The notes below the pieces were generated by a model. It made no database searches and had not been told where the DNA came from. It was given only the letters and a program-made list of their open reading frames with translations. A DNA stretch of 64,000 nucleotides from sequence record LR756511.1, one strand, 5' to 3'. A program made the translations under genes and the position numbers. Positions 46,855-56,827 of the stretch are shown here, in pieces. How positions within the stretch are numbered: position 1 is the stretch's first letter; the number at the start of each line of letters is the position of its first letter.

Positions 46855-48175
46855 TTTAGATGAATATATAGAAAAACATGGCAGAGGCTCAGTTATTTCT
46901 TTTACTCCTCAGCTTAACACGTATCTAACCATATCCAAGTCTATCTTGGGTAAGAACAATTTTGAAAAGAAGTATATCGTAAATTATTCAAAGAGAGAGG
47001 AAGTCTCAAATATCGCTAATATCGAAAACGATCTAGTCCGTGTTTTCTTCGAAGAATTCAAAGTCGCTCCCTGCTCCGTCCATATGACTAGCGATGTTTT
47101 CTCAAGCGGCTCTGGCTTGGCTGTATCGTCCTCTTACGCTTGTTGTTTAGCGAAGGCGTTGGCAGAAATGCAAGACAAAATACTGAGCAACGTTGAATGC
47201 GGCAACATTGCTCATAAAATGGAGAAAAAAGTAAATCCACTACTAGGGATGCAAGATGTATTTGGCTGTTGTGTTGGAGGCTTTAAGAAAATAGAATTCA
47301 GTAAAAATGGCCCTCCAAAATATACATTTTTACCAACGACCATTTTTGATTCATTCAACATTTGTCTTTATTTTACGGGGCTTACCAGAAGTTCCACAGA
47401 GGTCTTAAAAACCGTTTCTGTGCCAAATCAGGATACTTTTAATCCACTTGTTGATGAAGCTGAAAGATGTCTCGTAGTCAATGATTATCGTTCCTTTTTG
47501 AAAATGGTTAGAGAAGGCTGGGAAAAAAAGAAAGCAACATCGAAGAAAATTCTTAATTTCGAGTTGGTTAAAATGGACAATTGGATTAATGGTTTACATG
47601 GACATCTTGCGCATAAATTGTGCGGTGCAGGTAGTGGTGGTTTCTTTCTAGTTTTTTTTGAGAAAGATGCTTATATTCCTCCTGGCTTCTGTCCAATCTC
47701 CCTCTCTCCAACGGGCATTAGAACAATATTACACATTCCTGGCTCCCCCGCCACGAATACTAGTATTCGTGGCATTGTCGCTGGTGCGTTTGATGTTATT
47801 CATCCTGGCTATTGTCGAATGTTTAAAGAATGCAAAAATCATTGCAGCCATCTTACTGTTGCATTACATGATGATCCTTCAATAGAAAGAAATAAAATAA
47901 AACCCATTCATACTTTACAGGAAAGAGAGGAAATCCTATTGTCTCTAAACTACGTAGATGAAGTTATTCCATACCAGTATGAAAGCGACTTAGAAAAATT
48001 ACTACAAAAGGGATTCGATGTAAGATTCCTTGGAGATGATTATAAAAACAAAAATTACACTGGCGAGCAACTAGACATACCAATCGTCTATATTAGTCGT
48101 GACCACGAATATTCTACTACAAATTTGAAAAAACTAATTTGGCAAACATTTGATAATTCTCAGGGACAATCTTAA
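46799..48175 (+). CDS. Fusion of GHMP sugar kinase (HddA-like) and cytidylyltransferase-family domain
   Basis: PIRISLVGGSSD, GSGLAVSS, GMQD, KLCGAGSGG; then GAFDVIHPGY...ERE...VDEV...GDDY...STT. Confidence 0.85.
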   Translation: MYTTITCPIRISLVGGSSDLDEYIEKHGRGSVISFTPQLNTYLTISKSILGKNNFEKKYIVNYSKREEVSNIANIENDLVRVFFEEFKVAPCSVHMTSDVFSSGSGLAVSSSYACCLAKALAEMQDKILSNVECGNIAHKMEKKVNPLLGMQDVFGCCVGGFKKIEFSKNGPPKYTFLPTTIFDSFNICLYFTGLTRSSTEVLKTVSVPNQDTFNPLVDEAERCLVVNDYRSFLKMVREGWEKKKATSKKILNFELVKMDNWINGLHGHLAHKLCGAGSGGFFLVFFEKDAYIPPGFCPISLSPTGIRTILHIPGSPATNTSIRGIVAGAFDVIHPGYCRMFKECKNHCSHLTVALHDDPSIERNKIKPIHTLQEREEILLSLNYVDEVIPYQYESDLEKLLQKGFDVRFLGDDYKNKNYTGEQLDIPIVYISRDHEYSTTNLKKLIWQTFDNSQGQS

Positions 48176-48758
48176 GAGGACAACACACTTCTCTTATCAT
48201 TTCTAATTGCGATTCAGAAATGTCAATTTTTTCATTGGTAACTTCATTCATATAAATTAAATTAGGAATTGGAATATTAATCATTTTATTAAGTTTCCAA
48301 AATAAATTCTCTAGATGGTTGACTTCAATGAGAATTAGTTCTTTACATACTACTTGTTCGCCGTTTCTATTTAGAAGTAAATTTTCTGGAGAATGGTTAA
48401 ACCATTCAAAACCACCTTTCCAATCACTCCAATTTATCCCACAATAATCGCCTCTATAATCTATGCCTTTATTTAACACAAATTTGTCAAACGATATTTT
48501 CCCCGCATGTTCAGGAAAGTCCAGTTTGAATTTAGAGTAACAAGACGTAACCCACTGTTTGAGCGGTCGGTACGGAAGGAATATAGTGTGCGAACTGAAA
48601 TCAAAATCTACTTCTGATACTTTTACATGATGAAAGGAACGAGGTGTAGATATTAATTTACCTTCATTTGAAACTGATTCTACCATTTGTATAATAGAAT
48701 TAGACGCACACCTTGGGGGCAAAAGGATTGTTACATTGTATTTGGTGAAAATTATCAT
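48117..48758 (-). CDS. Sulfotransferase-like protein (divergent)
   Basis: LPPRCASNSI loop, FLPYRP, ISFDKFV. Confidence 0.4.
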   Translation of the reverse strand: MIIFTKYNVTILLPPRCASNSIIQMVESVSNEGKLISTPRSFHHVKVSEVDFDFSSHTIFLPYRPLKQWVTSCYSKFKLDFPEHAGKISFDKFVLNKGIDYRGDYCGINWSDWKGGFEWFNHSPENLLLNRNGEQVVCKELILIEVNHLENLFWKLNKMINIPIPNLIYMNEVTNEKIDISESQLEMIREVCCPLKIVPENYQMFAKLVFSNL

Positions 48759-48790
48759 AAATTATCATAATAATTAACTAATTAAAATTA

Positions 48791-49696
48791 ATGAGAATAT
48801 TAGTAACAGGCGGCAATGGTTTTATTGGTAGTCATGTTGTGGATCAATTGCTAGAACATGGTCACGACGTTGTGGTAGTAGATGATTGTTCTGCAAATAA
48901 TGAGCAATTTTACTTCAATCCTCTCGCTGAAACCTATAAATTCAGTATATGTGACTATACAAACTTACTTGAAGTCAGCAAGGATTGTCAATTTTGCTTC
49001 CACTTGGCAGCTGAATCTCGCTTACAAGCAGCTATTGAAAATCCATATCGTGCCATAACCGTTAACGTGCTTGGAACCCACTCCGTTCTGGAAGTTTGCA
49101 GGAAACATGAAATGGGGCTTGTATTCTCTTCAACTTCCTCCATTTATGGCTTGAACAACAATGTGCCATTAAAAGAAACAGAACCAGAAGATTGTTTAAA
49201 TCCATATGCTTCTACGAAATATGCCGCAGAACTTTTAATTAGAAATTATGTTAAATTACATGGCGTGAAAGCGTCGATCCTACGATATTTCAATGTTTTT
49301 GGCGAGCGATCACCCTCAAAGGGTCAGTACGCTCCTGTTGTGGGTATATTTCTCAATCAAAAAAAACGAAACGAACCATTAACAGTGGTTGGAGAGGGCA
49401 CGCAAAGACGAGACTTCATTTATGTTGGCGATGTTGCAGCGGCAAACATTGCTTGTATAAAACATTGGAAAAAAGTTAATGATGGTTCTGTATTTAACAT
49501 TGGATCAGGAACAAATATTGCTGTCATCACGCTCGCTAAAATAATTTCAAAAGAGATAAAATTCCTCCCGCCACGTTTAGGCGAGGCTAATGATAATCTT
49601 TGTAGTAATTATAAGTTCTGCGAAATAACAAGTTGGCATCCAACAACAACAATAACAGATTGGGTTGGTCAACAAGTTTCCCAATTGCAACAATGA
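48791..49696 (+). CDS. NAD-dependent epimerase/dehydratase
   Basis: VTGGNGFIGS, FSSTSS, YASTK, LRYFNVFG, RDFIYVGD. Confidence 0.9.
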   Translation: MRILVTGGNGFIGSHVVDQLLEHGHDVVVVDDCSANNEQFYFNPLAETYKFSICDYTNLLEVSKDCQFCFHLAAESRLQAAIENPYRAITVNVLGTHSVLEVCRKHEMGLVFSSTSSIYGLNNNVPLKETEPEDCLNPYASTKYAAELLIRNYVKLHGVKASILRYFNVFGERSPSKGQYAPVVGIFLNQKKRNEPLTVVGEGTQRRDFIYVGDVAAANIACIKHWKKVNDGSVFNIGSGTNIAVITLAKIISKEIKFLPPRLGEANDNLCSNYKFCEITSWHPTTTITDWVGQQVSQLQQ

Positions 49697-50520
49697 ACTT
49701 CAAAACGTTCTGTATTGTCGATATGTTTAAACCATTTTAAAGGAGCGATAATCCTTCGGCCTTCATTGGTGCCAAGCCATGCACCCCACCAGCTAAAACT
49801 GCTGCTGCAAACGATTCCATGATCGCATTGACGCATTATTTCTAACTGAGCAGAGATATTAACTACATTCGCAGGCTCTTGATGTATACTCAAGTCAGTA
49901 ATATATGGGCAAAAAGTAACATTTTCCTCAATAAAGTTAGCTTTACACCAATCAATATCATCGGCAACGACCACCAGATGCACTTCTCCCAATTTCTCCC
50001 TGGCTTTTCTATAAAAGGACAAAGGTTGGATATAATGGAAAGGACTTCTTTTATAATCATCCCCAACTCTGAAGCTAGCAAAAGCAATGGGCATTTTAAC
50101 CTTGGCACGCAAATCCGCCAAGAAGTTCCCAGCCATTTCAACGTATTGTGGACGCAGGGAAAACTCTTTGAGTATTTTGTCTCTAGATTTAATGAAATAG
50201 TTCTGACTTTGAAAATAGCCGTAAAAATCCGTGCCATCTTCAACTTCAAACACTTCATGGTCTAGAGATATACCACTACAAATTCGCGGGTCTTCCTTTT
50301 CGTGATAACGTTTAGTAACTGGCATACCCGAACTATCTTTAGCACTTAGACCTGGAAACATCTGTGGCATCATGAACGATACCCATTTATGCCAAAATTG
50401 ATTTGAATAAGGAACGCCAAATTCATAACCCTTACTATCAGCTATAGCCAGCACGGTCGCATATTCAAACAATTGATTCCCTAAACTCCCGATTCTGCCT
50501 ATTTCTTGATACGTTAGCAT
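49669..50520 (-). CDS. GT11 (alpha-1,2-fucosyltransferase-like) glycosyltransferase
   Basis: GSLGNQLFEYA, GYFQS, RVGDDY, SSFSWWGAWL. Confidence 0.85.
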   Translation of the reverse strand: MLTYQEIGRIGSLGNQLFEYATVLAIADSKGYEFGVPYSNQFWHKWVSFMMPQMFPGLSAKDSSGMPVTKRYHEKEDPRICSGISLDHEVFEVEDGTDFYGYFQSQNYFIKSRDKILKEFSLRPQYVEMAGNFLADLRAKVKMPIAFASFRVGDDYKRSPFHYIQPLSFYRKAREKLGEVHLVVVADDIDWCKANFIEENVTFCPYITDLSIHQEPANVVNISAQLEIMRQCDHGIVCSSSFSWWGAWLGTNEGRRIIAPLKWFKHIDNTERFEVHCCNWETC

Positions 50521-51032
50521 TGTCTCAATACTCCTAATATTAAGTTGTTTACATATTTGTCCTTCTTAAAGATTGCATCGCGTTGTTTACCCTCAATGAC
50601 AAAACCAGCTGCTTCGGCACATTTTAAAGAAACCTTGTTAGTTTCAAGTATTTGAGCATCCAAACGGCGTAAATTCATTATTTCAAAACAAAAATCAACA
50701 CCCGCTTTAACAAGCAGTTTCCCTTTTCCTTTACCTCGAAACTCTTTAAAGACATCCCAGCCCACTTCCGCACGACGACTCTGCCAATCTACATTAAATA
50801 ATTTAAAAATTCCAAACTCGCTATCAGTAGCAGCAATCAACACAAGGTTACGAGGACAATGAGTTTCGTAGCTAATAGACTCAAGCCACTTTTCTTGGCT
50901 TGTTAAATTTGCCAGCGTTACAGTGTGAGTGCCAAAATGACTTTCATTTTTTAGAGATAGCAAAACAGTCGCATCTGCTTTATCAGTTTTCCTAAACTTG
51001 ACACCATTGGAATGTTCATAAATATAATCCAT
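50514..51032 (-). CDS. GNAT N-acetyltransferase (PseH/RimJ-like)
   Basis: AEVGW, FRGKGKG, ILETN..SLK...GFVIEG. Confidence 0.85.
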   Translation of the reverse strand: MDYIYEHSNGVKFRKTDKADATVLLSLKNESHFGTHTVTLANLTSQEKWLESISYETHCPRNLVLIAATDSEFGIFKLFNVDWQSRRAEVGWDVFKEFRGKGKGKLLVKAGVDFCFEIMNLRRLDAQILETNKVSLKCAEAAGFVIEGKQRDAIFKKDKYVNNLILGVLRQC

Positions 51033-52154
51033 TTACCAACCTTTCCTAATTACATCCACAACATATTCTCTTTCCTCCTTAGAAACCCACCACCCACAAG
51101 GTATGCAACAATAATGTGGGTCCAACCTGTCCATTCCAGGTAAAAATGATTGGAATTGTCGAACGCAAGTATGAATGTCGCATCGTTTGTGAACTTGGCT
51201 TGCCTCAATTCCATGTGCCTTTAGATGCTTGATAAAATTTGGTCTATTTTCAACTTTTAGAGTATAAAGCCAATAAGAGGACTCAACATTTGATGGTAAT
51301 TCAAGCATCTCTATTCCTTGAACATTTTTCAACGATTCGTTATAAAATGCAGCATTTTCTTTATGAGTCGCAACGTTCTTGTCTATAGAAGGAAGATTCG
51401 ACAAGCCCATTGCCGCCATAATGTCGGTTGGCTGATATTTAAATCCTGATTCTTTAATATCCTGCATACATCGGAACGACGCGCCTGCATCCCTATCAAG
51501 ACCAAACCATCGTAATAATTTCGCTCTGTGGTGAATTTCGCCATTAGGTGATATCAGTATTCCTCCATCTGCGGTCGTTAAGAATTTTATTGCTTGTAAA
51601 CTGAAGCAACAGTAGTTTTTACTATTTCCTATTAACTCACCATTATACTTGCTGTCCCAGCAATGAGCGCAATCTTCAATAATTGGTAAATCCAACCCAT
51701 AAGTGGCTAAGTATTTCTTTTTTATCTCTTTGATATGGTCTAAATCGCAAGGAGTCCCTCCCCAATGCACTAACATGATTCCGCGAGTATTTGGACCAAC
51801 TTTTCGCTCAACATCATAAGTGTCAATATTGCAAGTTTTTGGGTCCACGTCAGCCCACCGTACTTTGAAACCGCTATGAATGATTGAAGAAATCGTAGCA
51901 AAGCAAGTTAGAGGGGTGACGATAATTTCACTATCGGAGTTGTAATTTTCGTCTTTAATCAAATATGCTGCGAGCGTCAAAGCACTCGTACAAGAATTCA
52001 TGACAATGATATAATCATTGTTGAAATGCTTTTTAAGCTCGCCTTCGAATTGTTCAGTTTTTGGGCCTTGTCCTATAAAACCACTGTTTAATACTTTGGT
52101 AACTTCATCAGCAGCATCCGCTGACATGAATGCTTTAAATAGATCAATTTTCAT
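51033..52154 (-). CDS. DegT/DnrJ/EryC1/StrS sugar aminotransferase
   Basis: NSCTSAL, VHWGG, IEDCAH, SLQAIK. Confidence 0.92.
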   Translation of the reverse strand: MKIDLFKAFMSADAADEVTKVLNSGFIGQGPKTEQFEGELKKHFNNDYIIVMNSCTSALTLAAYLIKDENYNSDSEIIVTPLTCFATISSIIHSGFKVRWADVDPKTCNIDTYDVERKVGPNTRGIMLVHWGGTPCDLDHIKEIKKKYLATYGLDLPIIEDCAHCWDSKYNGELIGNSKNYCCFSLQAIKFLTTADGGILISPNGEIHHRAKLLRWFGLDRDAGASFRCMQDIKESGFKYQPTDIMAAMGLSNLPSIDKNVATHKENAAFYNESLKNVQGIEMLELPSNVESSYWLYTLKVENRPNFIKHLKAHGIEASQVHKRCDIHTCVRQFQSFLPGMDRLDPHYCCIPCGWWVSKEEREYVVDVIRKGW

Positions 52155-52177
52155 TTTATTCCAATCGTTGTTTCTCC

Positions 52178-52183
52178 TATCTA
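52178..52183 (-). promoter_or_regulatory. Late-type TANATA box (TAGATA)
   Basis: In the gap between the kinase and DegT genes, 23 nt before ATG. Confidence 0.45.
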
Positions 52184-52212
52184 TAAAAGTATAAATCTGC
52201 TTAATTTTCAGC

Positions 52213-53784
52213 TTATTTGTCTAAAACTAACTCCATCTGAGAAATGGAAAAGCTGCCAGAAAAGGCAATGATAATCATGTCTTTCTTTGCTGCCTTTTCG
52301 CCTTTTCTATTCATGCCATTAAACCATAGATGAGTAACCATCAAATGCTCTGTCGGACCTTCATATCTGTAAAGTTGCTCATTATCAACACTAACTTTAA
52401 CGCTGTTCTTTTTAACAATAAACTCTATTTGACTTTCCTTGTTGATCGCTAAAGTTTGCTTGTTTACAGGAGTGACCGCCGATTTACTCCCGCCAAATGG
52501 AATGCCAACAGAGCTTTCCATGCCATTTAAATCTCCAAAAATGGCACTACACATAGCCTTATCAACAATAAAACCAACAACAAACTCAGAACCGCTTAAT
52601 CGCTTAACCTTCATGCGAAGAGTATAATTACCAGAAACCTTATAAGGAATTTGCAGTCGCGCCGCAAGACCAGCACCAATAAGGTTTCCATCTACTTTGG
52701 TCCAATCGCCCCAAAGCTTATCTTTTTCAGGATCAATTAACTGCAAAAGATTCTTGGTTTCGGTTTTTGCTTCCTCGATCTTTTTAGGCTCAATTTTCGG
52801 CTTTTGTGCCACGCTTTGTTTTGAACCGAAAAGGAAATATCCAGCGATACAAGCCAGAACAATCGCAGAAATTAAAAAACTAGATAAAATAACAAGAAAA
52901 AGCTTCTTGCGATGTGGCTTTTTAACTAACTTCGTCTTTTGCTTTACAAAAGGTTGTAAAGCCATAGCTAGCTCGGCAGGAGTTTGATAACGGTCGGCGG
53001 CATTTTTGGCAAGCATCTTTTTAACCACACCGCCCAAAGCTGGAGCTATGTCCTTGCGAATTTCTGTAATTACTCTCGGCTCCTCAAGAACTCTAGCACT
53101 AAGACGTGCCAACATATCCTTGCCCTCAAAGGGCAGTGAGCCTGTAAGAAGATAAAACAGTGTACAACCCAAACTATAGATATCACCACGAATATCAACC
53201 TTGCGAGAATCGGTAGCTTGTTCGGGCGACATATAATCAACAGTGCCGACGACATTGCCAACTTGAGTTAAACGAGTGTTTCGGTCCTTCTCGTCTTCAA
53301 CAAGCGTCAGACCAAAATCCAGCACTTTAACCATTTCCCCCTTGTCCGTTTTGGCCAAGAAGAGATTGGCTGGCTTGATGTCTCTGTGAATTAAACCCTT
53401 TTCAAAAGCGTGTTGCAATCCAAGAGCGGCTTGGCGGATATATTCGCAGGCTTGTGGAATTGGTAGCGGACCTTTCTTCTTTACCAAATTACCAAGATCA
53501 GTACCTTCCATATATTCCATTGCGATATAATTAATCCCATCTACTTCCTCTGCGTCGTAGATAGCAACGATATGCGGGTCGGAGAGTTTGGCAGCGGATT
53601 TGGCTTCTCTTTGAAATCTAGCTAAAGCTTTCTTATTGGAGATTTTCTCGTTTTTGATTATTTTCAATGCGACGATACGATCCAGCTTGCGATGGCGGGC
53701 TTTGTAAACAGTGCCCATGCCACCTTCACCAAGTTGTTCGATTAGTTCATAGCTGCCAATAGAATTTGAAACTTCACTGGACAT
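52213..53784 (-). CDS. Hanks-type Ser/Thr protein kinase with TM helix and C-terminal domain
   Basis: LGEGGMGTVYKA, VALK, HRDIKPAN, DFGL, GTVDYMSPEQ, DIYSLG; hydrophobic helix near aa 295-320. Confidence 0.95.
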   Translation of the reverse strand: MSSEVSNSIGSYELIEQLGEGGMGTVYKARHRKLDRIVALKIIKNEKISNKKALARFQREAKSAAKLSDPHIVAIYDAEEVDGINYIAMEYMEGTDLGNLVKKKGPLPIPQACEYIRQAALGLQHAFEKGLIHRDIKPANLFLAKTDKGEMVKVLDFGLTLVEDEKDRNTRLTQVGNVVGTVDYMSPEQATDSRKVDIRGDIYSLGCTLFYLLTGSLPFEGKDMLARLSARVLEEPRVITEIRKDIAPALGGVVKKMLAKNAADRYQTPAELAMALQPFVKQKTKLVKKPHRKKLFLVILSSFLISAIVLACIAGYFLFGSKQSVAQKPKIEPKKIEEAKTETKNLLQLIDPEKDKLWGDWTKVDGNLIGAGLAARLQIPYKVSGNYTLRMKVKRLSGSEFVVGFIVDKAMCSAIFGDLNGMESSVGIPFGGSKSAVTPVNKQTLAINKESQIEFIVKKNSVKVSVDNEQLYRYEGPTEHLMVTHLWFNGMNRKGEKAAKKDMIIIAFSGSFSISQMELVLDK

Positions 53785-53837
53785 TAGTTCACCTTATCGT
53801 CAGAGTTGTTGCCTCCAAAAGCATAGCTCACGATTAC

Positions 53838-53865
53838 ACTTTACTGCAAATTTCTTCGTTGGAAA
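53838..53865 (-). promoter_or_regulatory. Sigma70-like early promoter
   Basis: TTTCCA-N16 (ending TGCAG)-TAAAGT. Confidence 0.65.
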
Positions 53866-53897
53866 ATTACTTTATGTTACTGAACAAGCGTTCCCTA

Positions 53898-54881
53898 TTA
53901 CTCACGACTTCCTTTAAAGTGTTTTAGCCAACTGTCTATCATCTCATCTAACATGGCTTCAAAAGTATAAGTTGTCGCCCATCCCAAAACACTCTTGATT
54001 TTACTTGCATCGCCCTTAAGATATTTTAACTCTTCTGGTCTGCAATACTTTGGATTCTCGACAACATGCGACAAATCCAGGTCTAATTTCTTGAAAACAT
54101 AAGCACACAAATCACTTACCGAATGAGTATCTCCTGTTGCTACAACAAAGTCATCAGGAACTTCATGATTTAGTATTAAATGCATTGCTTTTACATAATC
54201 TTTGGAGTGCCCCCAATCACGATAGGAATGCAAATTTCCTAATTCTAGCTTGTCGCACAGCCCCAATTTTATCATAACGGCTGTTTTTATCACTTTAGAC
54301 GTGACAAAATTTGACCCCCTTCTTGGCGATTCATGATTAAACAAAATCCCATTAGACGCAAACATGCCATAAGATTTTCTGTAGTTCCTAATAAGTGAGT
54401 ACCCAAATAATTTAGCACAACCATAAGGACTTACAGGATGCATAGGCGTGGACTCTCTTTGATAGCCGTCAGCATCAACAGAGTTTCCAAACATTTCTGA
54501 TGAGCTTGCTTGATATATTCTTGCAGTTGGATGCGATTGTCTAACCGCTTCCAATACGTTTAAAACGCCTACAGCATTTACTTCGGCAGTATAATTTGGT
54601 ATTTCAAAACTTATTCTGACGTGACTTTGTGCGGCAAGATTGTAGATTTCGTCAGGCTTAATTAGATTTATCAGACTGACCAATCGTGGATAATCTGTAA
54701 CATCTCCATATTCTACATTTATACAACCTTTTACGTTCTCCAACCTTGACTGCTGATGTTCACTAACGGAGTTTCTTCTAATTATACCATATACGCTATA
54801 ATCTTTATCTAATAAATGTTCTACCAAGTAACTGCCGTCTTGACCATTTATTCCAGTTATGAAAGCCTTTTTTTTATTCAT
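53898..54881 (-). CDS. gmd: GDP-mannose 4,6-dehydratase
   Basis: ITGINGQDGSYL, YNLAAQSHV, QASSSEMFG, SPYGCAK, FNHESPRRG, RDWGH. Confidence 0.95.
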   Translation of the reverse strand: MNKKKAFITGINGQDGSYLVEHLLDKDYSVYGIIRRNSVSEHQQSRLENVKGCINVEYGDVTDYPRLVSLINLIKPDEIYNLAAQSHVRISFEIPNYTAEVNAVGVLNVLEAVRQSHPTARIYQASSSEMFGNSVDADGYQRESTPMHPVSPYGCAKLFGYSLIRNYRKSYGMFASNGILFNHESPRRGSNFVTSKVIKTAVMIKLGLCDKLELGNLHSYRDWGHSKDYVKAMHLILNHEVPDDFVVATGDTHSVSDLCAYVFKKLDLDLSHVVENPKYCRPEELKYLKGDASKIKSVLGWATTYTFEAMLDEMIDSWLKHFKGSRE

Positions 54882-55902
54882 TAGTAATTATTATCCTACA
54901 AATATTTTCAATATCATTCTCGGTTAAAGTTAAGGATGAAGGCAAATAAACACAGTTATTAAAAGCTCGTTCAGACTCCTCATACACTAAACCATCCTTG
55001 TACATCTCGTTATGGTTTATTGGTCTGTAATATTTTACAGCTTGGATTTCGTTGTCTTTTAGCTTATCAATGATCTTGTCAGAATTTTTAGTCTCGTAAA
55101 TTACCATCCAGGTAGAATCATACCCAAAATCTTTTATCCTTAAATACTTGCGATAATGATTGAAAATATTCTTCCTTTTTTCCAAAAGCTCTGGCAGCTG
55201 TGTTAGCTGTACCAAGCCAAACGCGGCTAGAATGTCATTAAACTTTAAATTTATCCCTAAATGATCGTGAAGCCTTCTACCTCTCCAATTATCGCCATGA
55301 TCCCTTACTTGCCTGCACCGCTCGTATATTTGTTTGTTATCGGTTATGACAACCCCGCCTTGACCAGTGGTAATGATTTTTGGCACAGAAAAGGAGAAAA
55401 TACCAAAATCTCCAGTCCTGCCTGCTTTATGAATTCCAAGTGCTTGAGCCGAATCCTCAATGAAGGCAATGTTATAACTATCGCAAATAGCTCGTATAGC
55501 TTGTAAATCTTCACCTGCGTAACCATTATGATTTACAAACATTACAGCACTAACATCATCGGATAAAACTATTTTATCGGGATTCATACACATGGTTTCT
55601 GGCTTAATGTCAACTAGTTTTATATTAAATCCCAGAAACCTTGCAGCATTAGCTCCCGCTAAAAAGCTATATGCGGGAAATAGAATTGTTGATCCTGCGG
55701 GTAGGTTTAGACTATAAATACCCATCATAATCGCCACGGTTCCACTTGTTGTGGCGATACAATGACTTGAACCTGTTAGCTTGCAAATTTCTTCTTCAAA
55801 TTCTTCTGTTTTTTTAGATGTGCCAATCCAGCCAGAGCAGATTTGTTGACTAACCGCATCAATGTATTCTTTTTTAATGAGAGGCTCATATTGTGGTATC
55901 AT
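54874..55902 (-). CDS. DegT-family aminotransferase (perosamine synthase-like)
   Basis: TSGTVA, IEDSAQALG, FSFSVPKIITTGQGG. Confidence 0.9.
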   Translation of the reverse strand: MIPQYEPLIKKEYIDAVSQQICSGWIGTSKKTEEFEEEICKLTGSSHCIATTSGTVAIMMGIYSLNLPAGSTILFPAYSFLAGANAARFLGFNIKLVDIKPETMCMNPDKIVLSDDVSAVMFVNHNGYAGEDLQAIRAICDSYNIAFIEDSAQALGIHKAGRTGDFGIFSFSVPKIITTGQGGVVITDNKQIYERCRQVRDHGDNWRGRRLHDHLGINLKFNDILAAFGLVQLTQLPELLEKRKNIFNHYRKYLRIKDFGYDSTWMVIYETKNSDKIIDKLKDNEIQAVKYYRPINHNEMYKDGLVYEESERAFNNCVYLPSSLTLTENDIENICRIIITNE

Positions 55903-56420
55903 TAATATCCCATCTCTCTAGCATATTCAATAGCTTTATCTCTGTTTCTTTTTTTAATTGGCTTTGCTGGACTGCCCACGTAGACTGTCCAGGGTTCCGT
56001 ATTTTTAGTGACAACTGAATTAGCCCCAATGACCGATCCCTCAGCCAGCACTACATTCGGCAATATTGCACAATTTACTCCGCATCCAGAATATCTTTTA
56101 AATATGTTTGTGCCTAATATAAGCGTTCTATACTTTTTGGGGATTACCGCTCCGATTAATCCGCTGTTGATATAGTCCTCGCTTCCGCATACTATTTTGG
56201 TTCCTGCCGCCACGAAAGTAAAGTCTTCCAATATTAGCGAACTGTCCACGCCCCCTATTACCACCACATAAGGAGAAATATGAACATAATCTCCTATTTG
56301 CAGCTTCGTAGAACAAGTAAATCCGTTATCAATGGCCACATGACTACCAATGGTAGTCATGTCTGGATGCTTTATTATCGTGTTGGAATGTATAATAACA
56401 TCCTCACCAATTTTTTTCAT
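55902..56420 (-). CDS. Hexapeptide-repeat (LbH) acyltransferase
   Basis: IGEDVII, IGSHVAI, IGDYVHI, VIGANSVV, YVGSPAK. Confidence 0.9.
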   Translation of the reverse strand: MKKIGEDVIIHSNTIIKHPDMTTIGSHVAIDNGFTCSTKLQIGDYVHISPYVVVIGGVDSSLILEDFTFVAAGTKIVCGSEDYINSGLIGAVIPKKYRTLILGTNIFKRYSGCGVNCAILPNVVLAEGSVIGANSVVTKNTEPWTVYVGSPAKPIKKRNRDKAIEYAREMGY

Positions 56421-56827
56421 ATGAAAACCTTATCCATTTTTTGCCCTAGATATGGGCCAGTTTTATATTCATAGACAACCGTGTTGTCTTGGAGGCACAG
56501 ATAATTATGACCTCCCCTAAAAGTAATAGAACAGTCACCCTCGTCCAGTATGACTTCCTCTAAAATCTTATCATCAATATCGTATAATATAGCTTTGATT
56601 TTTCCCTTGATGACCACCCACGACTCTTGAGTAACGTTTGTGTGCCTGTCCAGGGTTAAATGCTTATGACTTCTAAATGTTTTGTTTTCGTTAAGCTTGA
56701 AACAAGAAACTTGTAAAAATTCATTTTCAGGGGATAAATCAACTCTGTTTTCGCTAATTTCAGCAAAACGGTTTACCACATGAAGCAACGTGCCGTCAAT
56801 TTTAGAATATATTTTATGAAATCCCAT
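56417..56827 (-). CDS. WbuC-like cupin
   Basis: HKH...QESWVVIKG...GGHNY...YEYKTGPY. Confidence 0.75.
   Translation of the reverse strand: MGFHKIYSKIDGTLLHVVNRFAEISENRVDLSPENEFLQVSCFKLNENKTFRSHKHLTLDRHTNVTQESWVVIKGKIKAILYDIDDKILEEVILDEGDCSITFRGGHNYLCLQDNTVVYEYKTGPYLGQKMDKVFI

Noticed and set aside
48750-48769. 10-nt tandem repeat AATTATCATA x2 between divergent genes
   Set aside because: Very AT-rich, two copies only; could be a start-codon duplication or chance
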